Of a stretch of DNA of 64,000 nt, positions 24,103 through 34,196 are shown piece after piece (position 1 is the stretch's first letter; the number at the start of each line of letters is the position of its first letter). The notes under the pieces were generated by a model. That model saw only the letters and a program-made list of their open reading frames with translations, was not told where the DNA came from and searched no databases. The DNA is taken from positions 4,768,001 through 4,832,000 of the forward strand of contig CAWIAD010000002.1 in the NCBI GenBank assembly GCA_963833985.1, written 5' to 3'. The position numbers and the translations under genes are program-made. The stretch is from an uncultured Planctomycetaceae bacterium (GTDB lineage Bacteria > Planctomycetota > Planctomycetia > Isosphaerales > Isosphaeraceae).

Positions 24103-24446
24103 TGTCCCCGGCTTTTTCCTTTTGATGTCCCGTGGGCCCCGCGGCGCGGGCTCGTCCGCGCCAGAGACTTGCGAAGAGCCTCAGGTCACTCGCCCCGAGA
24201 CGATGTGATACCTTCAAGGAACGGGACCCGGCGATGGTTGGCTTTGCAGTCGGGAGAAAAGCGAAGGCTCGAAGTGCGCGCAAGTTCCGGCACGGCGGAT
24301 CGGTCGATGAAACGCCATCGTTTCGTCGTGACGCTACCACAACCGGGCCGGGCGACACCGCGCCGTGTAGCCTCCGTTCTGCCGGCTGGCGGGCTGTGCG
24401 GCTGGCTTCCTGAGGGAACATGTCGGTCTGCAAGGTCGGGAAGCTC

Positions 24447-25439
24447 TTACCGCGGTAGGGGCGAAAGTTCGAGATCGCTCGTACCCGCTTCGCCCGGCTG
24501 CGAAGCCTGGTTACGCCTGTACAGGGATGTCCGGAGGCGGCTGCCGGCCGACCAGATCCTGTGGCTCAATCGCGCGGCGATCGACCGGGCGGCCAGGCCA
24601 TACTGGCCCATTCCGAGCTGCCAGCGGAACCCATGGGCCCAGACGGCTCCGAACCGCGTCACGGTATCAATGGCGCGCCAGTCGATCTCACACCGCGATC
24701 CCAGGTGGTTCACAAGATGGTCGAGCACACTCCCCCCGTACGGCCTGCCCCGGGATGTATAGAAATGGAGAATCCTGGCATGGAGGGCCAAACTCGGGTG
24801 GGTAAGGACCATCGCATTCAGGTCGACGGGCAGGATGGCAGGACGGATGCCCAGCGCCTCGATGGCGCTATTGAACGACGGCTGGTCACGATACTCTCCA
24901 ACCTGATCGAACAGGGCCTTCCATCTCCGATGCCACTCGAGCCCCAGGGCTCGGGCCTCGGGCTGATTGCCAAAGTGGATGACGCCGCTATTCAGGTAGC
25001 ACTGCTGAGGTTGGTGCCAGCCTGCCCCCAGGAAGAGCCGGCGGACGTCATCAGGGAAGTGCGGCTCGGGATCGACGGGATTGCGGTCGAACGCCACCGA
25101 CAGCGGTGCGGCCGTCTCGAAGATCTCGTCGAAAGGCCGGATCGGCAGCGTGTCGGCATCGAGAAACAGGAACGGTCCATCGACGACTTGCCGCATCGAC
25201 GTCTTGAGAAACCGGCTCCTCGGCGCCAGGTCTTCAAGTCCGGTCTCCAGGACAACCAGCTGGTCGGCCAGGCACCTGGCATCGAACGGGGTGCGTGCGG
25301 GCAAGCGGGATGTCGCGGCATCCATGAGGATCGTGATGCGGGCCGCGGGATGAAGTCGGCGCACGCACATGGCCGAGATGTAGGTCATCTCAGGGTAACA
25401 GTCGTCCCCGGAACTCGAGATACAATAACAGACATGCAT
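24447..25439 (-). CDS. Glycosyltransferase, GT8-like
   Basis: FLFLDADTL (DxD), YLNSGVIHF, DQPSFN and ILHFY. Confidence 0.78.
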   Translation of the reverse strand: MHVCYCISSSGDDCYPEMTYISAMCVRRLHPAARITILMDAATSRLPARTPFDARCLADQLVVLETGLEDLAPRSRFLKTSMRQVVDGPFLFLDADTLPIRPFDEIFETAAPLSVAFDRNPVDPEPHFPDDVRRLFLGAGWHQPQQCYLNSGVIHFGNQPEARALGLEWHRRWKALFDQVGEYRDQPSFNSAIEALGIRPAILPVDLNAMVLTHPSLALHARILHFYTSRGRPYGGSVLDHLVNHLGSRCEIDWRAIDTVTRFGAVWAHGFRWQLGMGQYGLAARSIAARLSHRIWSAGSRLRTSLYRRNQASQPGEAGTSDLELSPLPR

Positions 25440-26053
25440 AGAATGCTTGAAAACCGCGTGCGGCGTTGTCGCGGTGCGCAGAGAACGTCCACTGGGAAAG
25501 GGCAACACTGACTGGGCCACCGAACACGTTGAGCAGATCGCTTCTTCGGGAATGCCGCCTGGCGTCGAGCAGCAGTGTGGCAGTGGCCGTCGTTGGGGGA
25601 GTCAGATCCGTTCGTAAAGCGATCGATCGGTTCATCATCGGTAGCTGGGGGCGAAGGTTCAACATCCAAAACTTAGGACAAGTTCTGAGGTAGAGTCAAG
25701 CAGAAAACGACGGGATCTCGCACTCGCGCACCCGCATCAGCGCCGGCAACTTGCTTTCTTACGAAGTGGTGTCCACGGCCCCGGCCGTGGACACCTTCGC
25801 GGACGAGCGGGAAAGGCATGAGGATGGGATGGACGACACCGCGGGCCGGTCGACCCGATCGCGTGTTGGCTCGCAGCGGGCAGTGGCCGGGGTGGTGCCT
25901 GCCCGCCTGCCTGCCAGAGCGAGACGGCTGGCCCGAGACGGCCCGCCCGGCTCAAGGACTGGTCTTCCTGGACCATGAGCGGGCGGGACTGCAAGGCTCG
26001 GGCGATTGTGGCGCAATCGACCTTTGCGGTTCGTTGCGCCTCAGGCGGTCCAC

Positions 26054-26838
26054 TCAGGCCTTGCCCTTTGCGGTGCGCCGACGGCGCCGCCAGACGTTGG
26101 CACCGAAGCCCAGAGCGCCAGGCCGGCGATGGCAAAAGTGCTGGGTTCGGGGACGGCAGCGGGGGTGACAGTCACCGCACCGAGAAGGATATTCGGGTAG
26201 ACGGTCGTGGGGTTCCACCAGGGGCCGGTCGTGTACGATTTGTGAACCTCGGTAATCAGATACTGGAAGTCCGTCGCTCCAGGTCCGATCTGAAGGCTCA
26301 GCGAGCTACCCTGGCCATACGTCCCCATGAGGCTATTGTTGGCCAGGTCATAGACAGCCGCGACATCGTGGCTACTGTTCTGCACGCTGCCGAATGTGAT
26401 GTAATACGGCTGGCTCTGCTGGACGGCCGAGAAATCCAGTTTGATACCATAACCGTAGACGATCTCGTTGTTGCCCGTGGGGTCGGACTTCAGACCTAGT
26501 CCGGTTTCGTTCGACACCGGCGCCTTCTCGTACAGAGTATTGCTGCCCGATGTCGACGCAGAGCCCGCGTTGGTCAACGAATAATCGCTTTGTTTGATCG
26601 AGATGCCCTGAATGGCCGTCGCCGTCAGGGACTGACCGGAGATCGTGTACGTTTGCGAGTAAAGACCCGTATTGTTGTTCGAGGTGAAGTTAAAAAACGT
26701 CACCTGCGCCTGTGCAGACGCGCCGAGCGATAGCACCACGGCCATCGCCAGTAGACCACTGAATCGTCTCACGGAAATTCTCCTGGGATAATGCTGGGAA
26801 CGGTTTTCGATAATCTCAAACTTTTGTGCCTTGCTCAC
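26054..26838 (-). CDS. PEP-CTERM sorting domain protein (one-base frameshift in the tail near 26119)
   Basis: Signal peptide ending ASAQA, Ser/Thr/Asn-rich body. Adding one G gives VPEPSTFAIAGLGALGFGANVWRRRRRTAKGKA with a stop at 26054. Confidence 0.88.
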
Positions 26839-27028
26839 ACTGAGTCACAGGCTTGCAAAGCAGGTTTACCGGGGTGACCGAGAGCGATGAAGCCTTCGGT
26901 CGAAGCTTACGGGTTCGGGAGCTGTGGGTTTCCTCCTTTCTGCTTGACTCGGTGATCAGCCTTGTGTCAGGAGCGAGTTGGCGACTCATCGGAGCCGACG
27001 TAGATCGAGTACTTGAACCCGCATCCTT

Positions 27029-30000
27029 TCAACTGCTCCCGGTCTGGCCGAGTGGTAAGTCCTTGTGCATTTGTTGCAGCACTGCCTGCTCAAGTGCGTC
27101 AAGCATTTGAGCCTTCAGGCCAAGCTTTTCGGCGTCCCCCATTTCTTTTCGCGCCAGGTCGGACTGGCCTTGTGCCTGAAGCGCCCAGGCCAGGTGAAAT
27201 GCGAAGCGCGGCACCTTGGGCGCCTGTTTTCGGATCGACCGCAGCGCCTCCACTGCCTGATCGATCTGGCCGGCCTTGATCCGGACAACAGCCTGCGTAT
27301 CGAGCACGGACACGTTCTCTCCGAGAGTCTCGGCCGCCCGATTGATGAGCTCCAGGGCCTCCTGGGGCTTGCCCTGATCTCGCATGGCCAGCAGCCAGGC
27401 CAGCGCATTGAGGGCACCGACGTTTTCGGGGTCGCTCGCCAGCGTGCGACGGCACAGCGTCTCCGCCTCGTCGTAATGATTCTGGCGAATCCAGATCGCG
27501 CTCAGGCCCCCGACCAGCACGGCTGAGTCGGGCCGCTTCTGAAGCGCCTCAACGCTCCAGGCTTCCACCTGGTGTTTCTGGGCCTCATCCGCTGACGGTG
27601 CATCGAAGACCGAGATCGCGGCTGCGGCAACCATTTCGGGACGACAGGTTGACCAGGCCTTCCGGAAGATGGTCATTGCCTCGTTCACGCGGTCCTGAGC
27701 GACGAGGAACCGCGCCAGGGCGAGAACGCGCTCGGGCTCCCTGGGGTCGCGAGCGATGTAGGCCTTGTAGGCTTGCTCGGCCTCCCTGGTAAACCCGTAA
27801 CGGCTCAGGAGGTCGGCCACGAGGCCGATCTGGTCCGGAATCTGGCGGCCGCGGGCGACAAGAAGCGCCAGAACCTGCGGCTTGCGATTCCGCACGTCAA
27901 GGAGTCGCGCCTCCAGCTCCAGCGCCGCGATTCCGTTCGGCTCTACCTGCTTCAGCTCGCCCAGCCAGCGCTCGGCCTGATCAAGCTGGTTCTGGCCGAT
28001 CCAGTAATTGACAAAGTGGGCCAGGTGCTGCGGGCTCCTGGTCCTTGATTTCAAAAGCTTGAACATCTCGTCCTGGTACTTCTGCTCCTCGCGCTGGGCC
28101 AGGTAGAGCTGGGCCAGCAGGAATTGCTCGTTGGAATCCAGCCGGTTCGCAGCCCCCAGCGGCTCAAGAACATCGACGGCCTCGCCGCGCCGGCTCGGCC
28201 GCAGCGCCAGCAAGTTCCCCTTGAGGAGCTGATCCGCCACGCTGCCCGGGTCGTCCTTCAGGTTCTGCTCGACGAGCGCGAGCGCCTGATCCTGGGCGGC
28301 CAGCCGGCCCCTGCCCAGCAGCAGCTCGGCACGGGTCCGGTGGATCCACGCCTTGTCGGTCCTGGATACCTGCGCAAGCTGTTCGAGCCAGTTCAGGAAT
28401 TCCTCGACCTTGTCGGGGCGGTTCTGGGCGGCGGCCACGATCGTGGCGATCTTCAGCGCCTCGGGATCAGCCGGCTTCCCACCAGAGTTCAGGGCCTTGC
28501 CTATCTGCGCCTCGGCCCGCTTCAGATCGCCAACGGCCATCCAGCAGAGAGCCAGTGTCACGTCGGCCCGATCGGCGGGCAGGGCCTGCTGGGCCGCGTC
28601 GATCGCGCTCTTGGCCTGATCGATCTGCCTGGTCTGCGTGAGGTACTGCACGTGGGCCAGCCACGCCTCGGGTACTCCCGGGCCCAGTTCCACGGCCCGC
28701 CGGAATTCCTTGCCCGCCGCCTCGTTCCGCCCCGCGGTCGCGTAGAACCGGCCGAGCGCAAGATGGTCGCCGGCGCGGGTCGAGGTGTCGCTGTAGACCT
28801 GGCGCACCAGCGCGATCCCCTCGTCGAAACTCTGCTTTTGCATCGCCTCGACGGCCTTGATGAGGGTGATCTCGTCGAGGGCGACGCCGCGCTCCCGCAG
28901 CACCTGGGCGACGTGATCAATTTCCGCGAACCGGCTGCGCTGGTAGAGCAACCCCACGAGCCGGCGCGCGAACGACGGCTGGACGTTGCCCAGGTCAACG
29001 GCGCGGAGATCCTGCTCGATCGCCAGGTCGAGATTGCCGGCCAGATCGGCGAGCTCACCAGTCAGGGTCGGCCCGGCCCACCAGTCGGGCCGCTGCTGCT
29101 CGATCTCGGCCGCCAGCACACGGGCTTGCTCCAGGTCCTGGGAAACCCCCTTCCGTGCCTTTTCGATCAGCAGTGCCGCCTGGGCGAACCGCCAGTGCGT
29201 CCCCCTGTCGCCCTCCAGCTTGTGCAGGTCCTGGACGAGATCGGCGGCAGCCGCGTGGTCGCCGGCCTCGATGGCCAGATCGAAGAGGGTCAGCCGGACC
29301 TGGAGGTTCTCCGGCTGGAGCGCGGCCAGCTCGGCCAGGTGCTCCCGCGCCCTGGCCGGCTCACGGAGACGAATCTCCGTCACCGTCAGCCCGTCCAGAA
29401 ATGCGGGCCGGTCGGCGGCGGCAACCTGCGCCCGCGTCTCCGCCAGCTTCGCCACGGCGGCCTTCGCTGCTTCATCACCTTGCCGCCCCCAGTGGTCCAG
29501 ACGGGCGAGCTGGATGGACAGGCTCGGGCCCAGATCCTTTTCCGCCTGGTCGATGATCTTCAAGGATTCCACTCCCTTGCCCTGGCGCTGGGCAACCCGG
29601 GCAAGAGCAAGCCGGTACGGGAGATTGCGCGGGTCCTTCGCCTGGGCCTCGGTGAGCAGCTTCCCGGCCTCGTCCATCCGGTCCCGGGCGACCAGCATCT
29701 CGGCTCGGAGCAGCGTCAGCCGCTCGGCCGAACCGGGCAGGGCCTTGCCGGCAAGGCTCAACTGCCGTTCGACTTCACGCCAGACAGCCGGGTCGCGCGG
29801 TGTCCGGTTGGCTTTCTGAATCAAGGCCGACAGGAGATCGAGCCTGAGCTCGGGCACACGCTCCGCCAGGGGTGCGAGCACCGCGATCGCGTCATCGAGC
29901 TTGCCGGCTCGCACCAGCGAGCGGGCGTACTCGACGCGCGTCGATTCGCCCGCGAGCCGGTTCTCCGCCACGTCCCGCAGCGCCCGGAGCCTTTGCTCCT

Positions 30001-31261
30001 CGGCCCCGACCCGGCCGTAGCACTCGACGAGCATGCGATTGAGCGGGGCGTCGAGTTGCGGCAGCGACTTCAAAAGGGCCCGCGCCGACTCGATCTTGGG
30101 GATCGCCTCGGCCCACTGCTTGCGCTGAAAGAGGACCTTCGCATCCAGGTAGCGCCCGAGCGTCTCGCCCATGCCCGCGTCCCGCAGCCGCGTGATGTAG
30201 CTCTCGGCCTGATTCTCGCCGTCGATCTTGTTTTCCGAACTGAGCGTGTCCGCCAGCCGGAAGGCGAGATCCGGGGAAGGATGCTCCTTGTCGGCCTGCC
30301 GCAGGACCGCCTCGGCCCGGTCGAGGTGTCCATCGCGCGTCTCCAGCTCCGCCAGGGCGATCGGGAAGGCGATATTCCCGGCATGCCGCTTCATCCCCTT
30401 CTGGAGATATCCCCGCGCCCCGGCCAGATCCTGCTTCTGCTCGGCCGCCAGCGCCGCGGTCAGGAGGACATCGGGGTCCTCGGGTGCCAGTTGCAAAGCC
30501 TGCTTCAGATCAGCCTCTGGCGCGGGCGGGCGGAACTCCGCGAGATATCGGAACCGCTCGAGGCGAGCGTGGCCCGAGCCCGGGTTGCTGGCGAGCATCC
30601 AGTCGATCTCGCGGTCGGCCTCCCTGGGATCCTTGCCCAGAGATCCACGCTCCAGACGGGCAAGCTGGACGTAGCTGAAAAGCCGGCTCGGATCGTACGA
30701 GATCGCCTCCTCGAACTCACTGGCCGCCGCCGGGAAATCGGCATCCAGAAGCAGGCATTTGCCATCGAGCTCCTTCAGTTCCGCGAGCTCGACCGCGGCG
30801 CTGGCGACGTCGGTGGCGTCCTGGCTCTTCTCCAGCTTGTTGGCGGCACGGCCAATCAGGTCTTTCAGGAAGCGCCTGGCGTCGGCCGTTCGTTCCGGCC
30901 GCAGTTCCAGTGCCAAGTCCACGCTGCGCCGTTCCAGCGCCTGGTCGTCAGGATTGTGACTCAGGGCCTCCTGATAGACCAGGTAAACCTGCTCCCGGCG
31001 CCGGGGATCCGTCGTGGACTCATCGGTCAGACGGGCATACGACCGCCAGGTCTCGCTATCGTTCGGCCGCAGGCCGAGGTACCGATGGAGTGCCTCCGCG
31101 GCTGTGGCCCGGTTGCCCTGCAACTCCTCCTTGCGAGCACGTTCGATCAGGGCGAAGGCATTGCGTTGCACCTGTCGGCTACGAACAAAGCAGGCCGCGC
31201 CGCCCAGGACGCAGAGTGCCAGGACCGCGCCCGCCAGGAGAACTACGTTAACCTTTCTCAT
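27029..31261 (-). CDS. Giant tetratricopeptide-repeat protein (PrsT-like, EPS/PEP-CTERM-associated)
   Basis: N-terminal TM, 1410 aa of helical repeats, C-terminal ALNALAWLLA...VLDTQAVV...FHLAWAL. Confidence 0.85.
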   Translation of the reverse strand: MRKVNVVLLAGAVLALCVLGGAACFVRSRQVQRNAFALIERARKEELQGNRATAAEALHRYLGLRPNDSETWRSYARLTDESTTDPRRREQVYLVYQEALSHNPDDQALERRSVDLALELRPERTADARRFLKDLIGRAANKLEKSQDATDVASAAVELAELKELDGKCLLLDADFPAAASEFEEAISYDPSRLFSYVQLARLERGSLGKDPREADREIDWMLASNPGSGHARLERFRYLAEFRPPAPEADLKQALQLAPEDPDVLLTAALAAEQKQDLAGARGYLQKGMKRHAGNIAFPIALAELETRDGHLDRAEAVLRQADKEHPSPDLAFRLADTLSSENKIDGENQAESYITRLRDAGMGETLGRYLDAKVLFQRKQWAEAIPKIESARALLKSLPQLDAPLNRMLVECYGRVGAEEQRLRALRDVAENRLAGESTRVEYARSLVRAGKLDDAIAVLAPLAERVPELRLDLLSALIQKANRTPRDPAVWREVERQLSLAGKALPGSAERLTLLRAEMLVARDRMDEAGKLLTEAQAKDPRNLPYRLALARVAQRQGKGVESLKIIDQAEKDLGPSLSIQLARLDHWGRQGDEAAKAAVAKLAETRAQVAAADRPAFLDGLTVTEIRLREPARAREHLAELAALQPENLQVRLTLFDLAIEAGDHAAAADLVQDLHKLEGDRGTHWRFAQAALLIEKARKGVSQDLEQARVLAAEIEQQRPDWWAGPTLTGELADLAGNLDLAIEQDLRAVDLGNVQPSFARRLVGLLYQRSRFAEIDHVAQVLRERGVALDEITLIKAVEAMQKQSFDEGIALVRQVYSDTSTRAGDHLALGRFYATAGRNEAAGKEFRRAVELGPGVPEAWLAHVQYLTQTRQIDQAKSAIDAAQQALPADRADVTLALCWMAVGDLKRAEAQIGKALNSGGKPADPEALKIATIVAAAQNRPDKVEEFLNWLEQLAQVSRTDKAWIHRTRAELLLGRGRLAAQDQALALVEQNLKDDPGSVADQLLKGNLLALRPSRRGEAVDVLEPLGAANRLDSNEQFLLAQLYLAQREEQKYQDEMFKLLKSRTRSPQHLAHFVNYWIGQNQLDQAERWLGELKQVEPNGIAALELEARLLDVRNRKPQVLALLVARGRQIPDQIGLVADLLSRYGFTREAEQAYKAYIARDPREPERVLALARFLVAQDRVNEAMTIFRKAWSTCRPEMVAAAAISVFDAPSADEAQKHQVEAWSVEALQKRPDSAVLVGGLSAIWIRQNHYDEAETLCRRTLASDPENVGALNALAWLLAMRDQGKPQEALELINRAAETLGENVSVLDTQAVVRIKAGQIDQAVEALRSIRKQAPKVPRFAFHLAWALQAQGQSDLARKEMGDAEKLGLKAQMLDALEQAVLQQMHKDLPLGQTGSS

Positions 31262-31366
31262 GTGTCACCACCCAACCAGCAGCATCATAAGACTTGTTCC
31301 AACAACCGCGACTCTGTTCGCAAGGCGGCCTTACACTGCCCGCGGGCCGATTTCATCAGATTGCAG

Positions 31367-32143
31367 CTAGCTGGCGTAGGTTGGACGAACGTGCGAGCTG
31401 ACAGCAATTGGCTCTCCCTGCGGCAAGGGCTCGACGGGGAGTTGATTGTAAAGGGGAAACCGGAAAATCCTGGCGATGACAGGACCGGGAACACACAGCA
31501 AGCCGAACACAGTGGCCAGCGCAATTCTCAGGTCGAGCCAGATTCCATGGTGATCGCGGTAGTAGAGGTCGTAACGCAGCTTGGTGCGCACTGCATCCAG
31601 GTTGGTGTCGGGGCCCTGAAGAACCTGGGCCAATCCGCTGAGTCCTGGTCGAACCAGGAGGCGGTCGCGATAGTTCGAGAAACAACGATCGAGTTGTTCA
31701 GCGATCTCCGGCCGCTCGGGACGGGGGCCGATGAGACTCATTTCACCTCGAACGACATTGACCAGCTGCGGAAGTTCGTCGAGGTGCGTGGCGCGGAGAA
31801 GACGCCCCAGCCGGGTGACTCTCGGATCACCCTGGCCTGACCACACCGGACCAGAATTCCGCTCGCAGTCCACATACATGGTCCGGATCTTGTGGATGCA
31901 AAAAAGCCTCCCACCAGATCCCAGCCGTCTCTGCGAGTAGATGGGGGAACCTTTTGAACCCAAGCGAACGGCGATCAGGCAGAGCAGGATGACGGGAGAC
32001 GTCAGCGTCAGCAGAACGGCCGCAAACAAAACGTCAATAATCGTTTTAAACCGATCGTAAATGGATTTGTCGATCGATCGAACCGGGAGTGAAACCGCCA
32101 TCAACTGAATACCGGAATCCTCGTTCTTGCTCAATGCAAGCAT
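31367..32143 (-). CDS. Priming sugar transferase (bacterial sugar transferase family)
   Basis: SQRRLG, KIRTM, DPRVTRLGRLLRATHLDELPQLVNV, GEMSLIGPRPERP, RPGLSGLAQV, YDLYY. The start could be 32257, 32143 or 32101. Confidence 0.93.
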   Translation of the reverse strand: MLALSKNEDSGIQLMAVSLPVRSIDKSIYDRFKTIIDVLFAAVLLTLTSPVILLCLIAVRLGSKGSPIYSQRRLGSGGRLFCIHKIRTMYVDCERNSGPVWSGQGDPRVTRLGRLLRATHLDELPQLVNVVRGEMSLIGPRPERPEIAEQLDRCFSNYRDRLLVRPGLSGLAQVLQGPDTNLDAVRTKLRYDLYYRDHHGIWLDLRIALATVFGLLCVPGPVIARIFRFPLYNQLPVEPLPQGEPIAVSSHVRPTYAS

Positions 32144-32806
32144 GATCCAGAATCCGCGTCGTTGTACCTTGTCGATGCAAATCAACACTAACACTCGCAG
32201 ACAGTCATCGAGAACAGGACCGTTCTGATCCATCGGGGCGAGGCCAGCTTTCCGCACAATGATCCAGCAGCCTCATGGCACTAGCCGCCAGACCTTCAAG
32301 TCCAACACTTATCCGCCTCGCCGGGATCGACGCTGCCTTGCTGCTCACAATCATCCCTGTCTCTGTCGACCACTGAGTGATATCACCGAGGCTACAATGT
32401 TTGATGACTTGTTATACAGGTACCAAGACGGAGATTCAAGAACAAAGAACTCACGACCATCGGCAAAAAAGGCCGCTGTCATGCTTTCCACGCTAAATAG
32501 TGTCTCAATGGGTCGCCTCAGATAGCCATTCCTCGGCACTCGCAACGCCTGAGCGCTACCATAATTCGGTGGAGACTTGTCATAAGCATCGCTGCCGTAA
32601 CGGTTAGTATGAGGAGTTCGCCTCCCCGATGACGAGCTGGAATTCACAGCCATGGCTCACGAAAGAAAACAAACAATTGCATGGCTGCATGTCGACAAAT
32701 AGCGACATAAGCACGGAGTCCTGGAGCCCCGTCAACCAGACATGGATCATCTCTTGAGACTTTTGTCCACTACTGGGTATTCAGTATAGTAGGAAGGAGT
32801 CCAAGT

Positions 32807-33605
32807 ATGAACAAGAGATACATCGTGCGATCGTTGACCGAATAACGTGCCCAGTTGGAATCGCTCATCACCAATGGGAGGTCGGCCGCGCGTAAGTTGA
32901 CTGGGGCGTAAATCCTGCTGAAGACCGACCGTTGTAGACCTGGTCCGACCTGGTCAGACGAGCGGAGCACCAAGACTCCGGATCTCGGAGTGATCACGGT
33001 CCACCGAGTCCGCCGTCCGCTCGTCAAGGGTGGCCTTGATGGCGCCCTCGTCCGCCGTCCCGTACCGCGTCGTCCACGAATGCTCGACAGTGAGCAGGAG
33101 ACCCGCCTGATCGCCCTGGCGTGTGGAAGCACGCCGGCAGGTCGGTGTCGCTGCACGCGGAGACCCGGACCCAGAGGACGAGGAGCCGGGTCAGCCACGT
33201 CGCGTGGACCACGATTACGGGCTCACATTATTTGTGACTCGTTATATGTTCATTCATCGACCGATTGGCTAGCGGTGAGCGTGGATCACGCCACAATGCA
33301 GCAAGGTGGAACGGGCACAGTGCGTCAAGCAACTGCTCGAGAAGCATGATCCGCAGGTGGAGCGTCTGGTGCTGGTTCGGGACAACCTCAATACGCACAC
33401 CGGTGGGGCACTGTACGAAGCCTTTGCCACAGCGGAAGCGACGCCGTTGTGGGAGCGGCTGGAGGTCCACTCTACGCCCAAGCATGGCAGTTGGTTGAAT
33501 ATGGCGGAGACCGAATTGAGTGTTCGTTCCGGTCAAAGCCTTGACTGCCGGATCGACGAGGTAGCGGTATCGCGGCACAAAAGACATTGGCAGTTTAATT
33601 TAGGA
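32807..33605 (+). mobile_element. Degenerate IS630-family transposase
   Basis: AAGGAG plus ATG at 32807 (MNKRYIV), ILLKTD, LDSEQETRLIALAC, then VLVRDNLNTH and TPKHGSWLNMAETELSV. Contains internal stops, frameshifts and an apparent internal deletion. Confidence 0.88.
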
Positions 33606-34196
33606 TAAGCTTATCAAAGAATATGGTCCGCGCCCGCTTTGCCGGGGAAGCTCCAGCATCCCAGGAACAGCGGGGAACCCTGTCTCCCGAATCGTTCAGC
33701 CCATATCATTAACGCATGTCTTGTGGCAATCGTTCAGGCAGAGAGTGCTGGATGCCAAATCCGCCCGGGTTGGACACAACATACTTGTGAACCCAGTACA
33801 GCGTATTAGTCTAGCACCGCTCGCACGAGTAGAACTCTTACTTGCTCACAACAGTTCAAGCACAGTGCATACGTGCACGCCGCGTTGAGTTGCTTGGCGC
33901 AGGTTGCAAGGCTCTCGTAACTGTTGCGCAGCGTTCCGATCAGGAATCGCCGTCCCGCAGTGCGCTCGGTGCTGCGCCTCGCAGTGAGAGCAATGAGCTA
34001 TGCAGTTCATGAGGGATGGATTGGGAAAATCTCGCACATTTGCTGCCCGGGCATAAACGGATCTAGGGTTGAGCTGAAGAGCTGCCCTTTTTCCTTCCTC
34101 GACTCGCCGCTGAGTGCCGCGATCCTGCCGACTTCTGATCGACCCCGTATTTCCTAAGCGGAATCGCATTCCCGCTGATCCACGGAGTTTGCCCCG

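Noticed and set aside
24103..24446. Short ORFs between the dehydrogenase and the GT8-like gene
   Set aside because: No motifs, RBS or coding bias.
25521..26050. Short ORFs or possible ncRNA downstream of the PEP-CTERM gene
   Set aside because: No recognisable protein motif or conserved RNA structure by eye.
28124..31840. 1238-aa plus-strand ORF
   Set aside because: Antisense shadow of the TPR and sugar-transferase genes, typical of high-GC DNA; no recognisable motifs.
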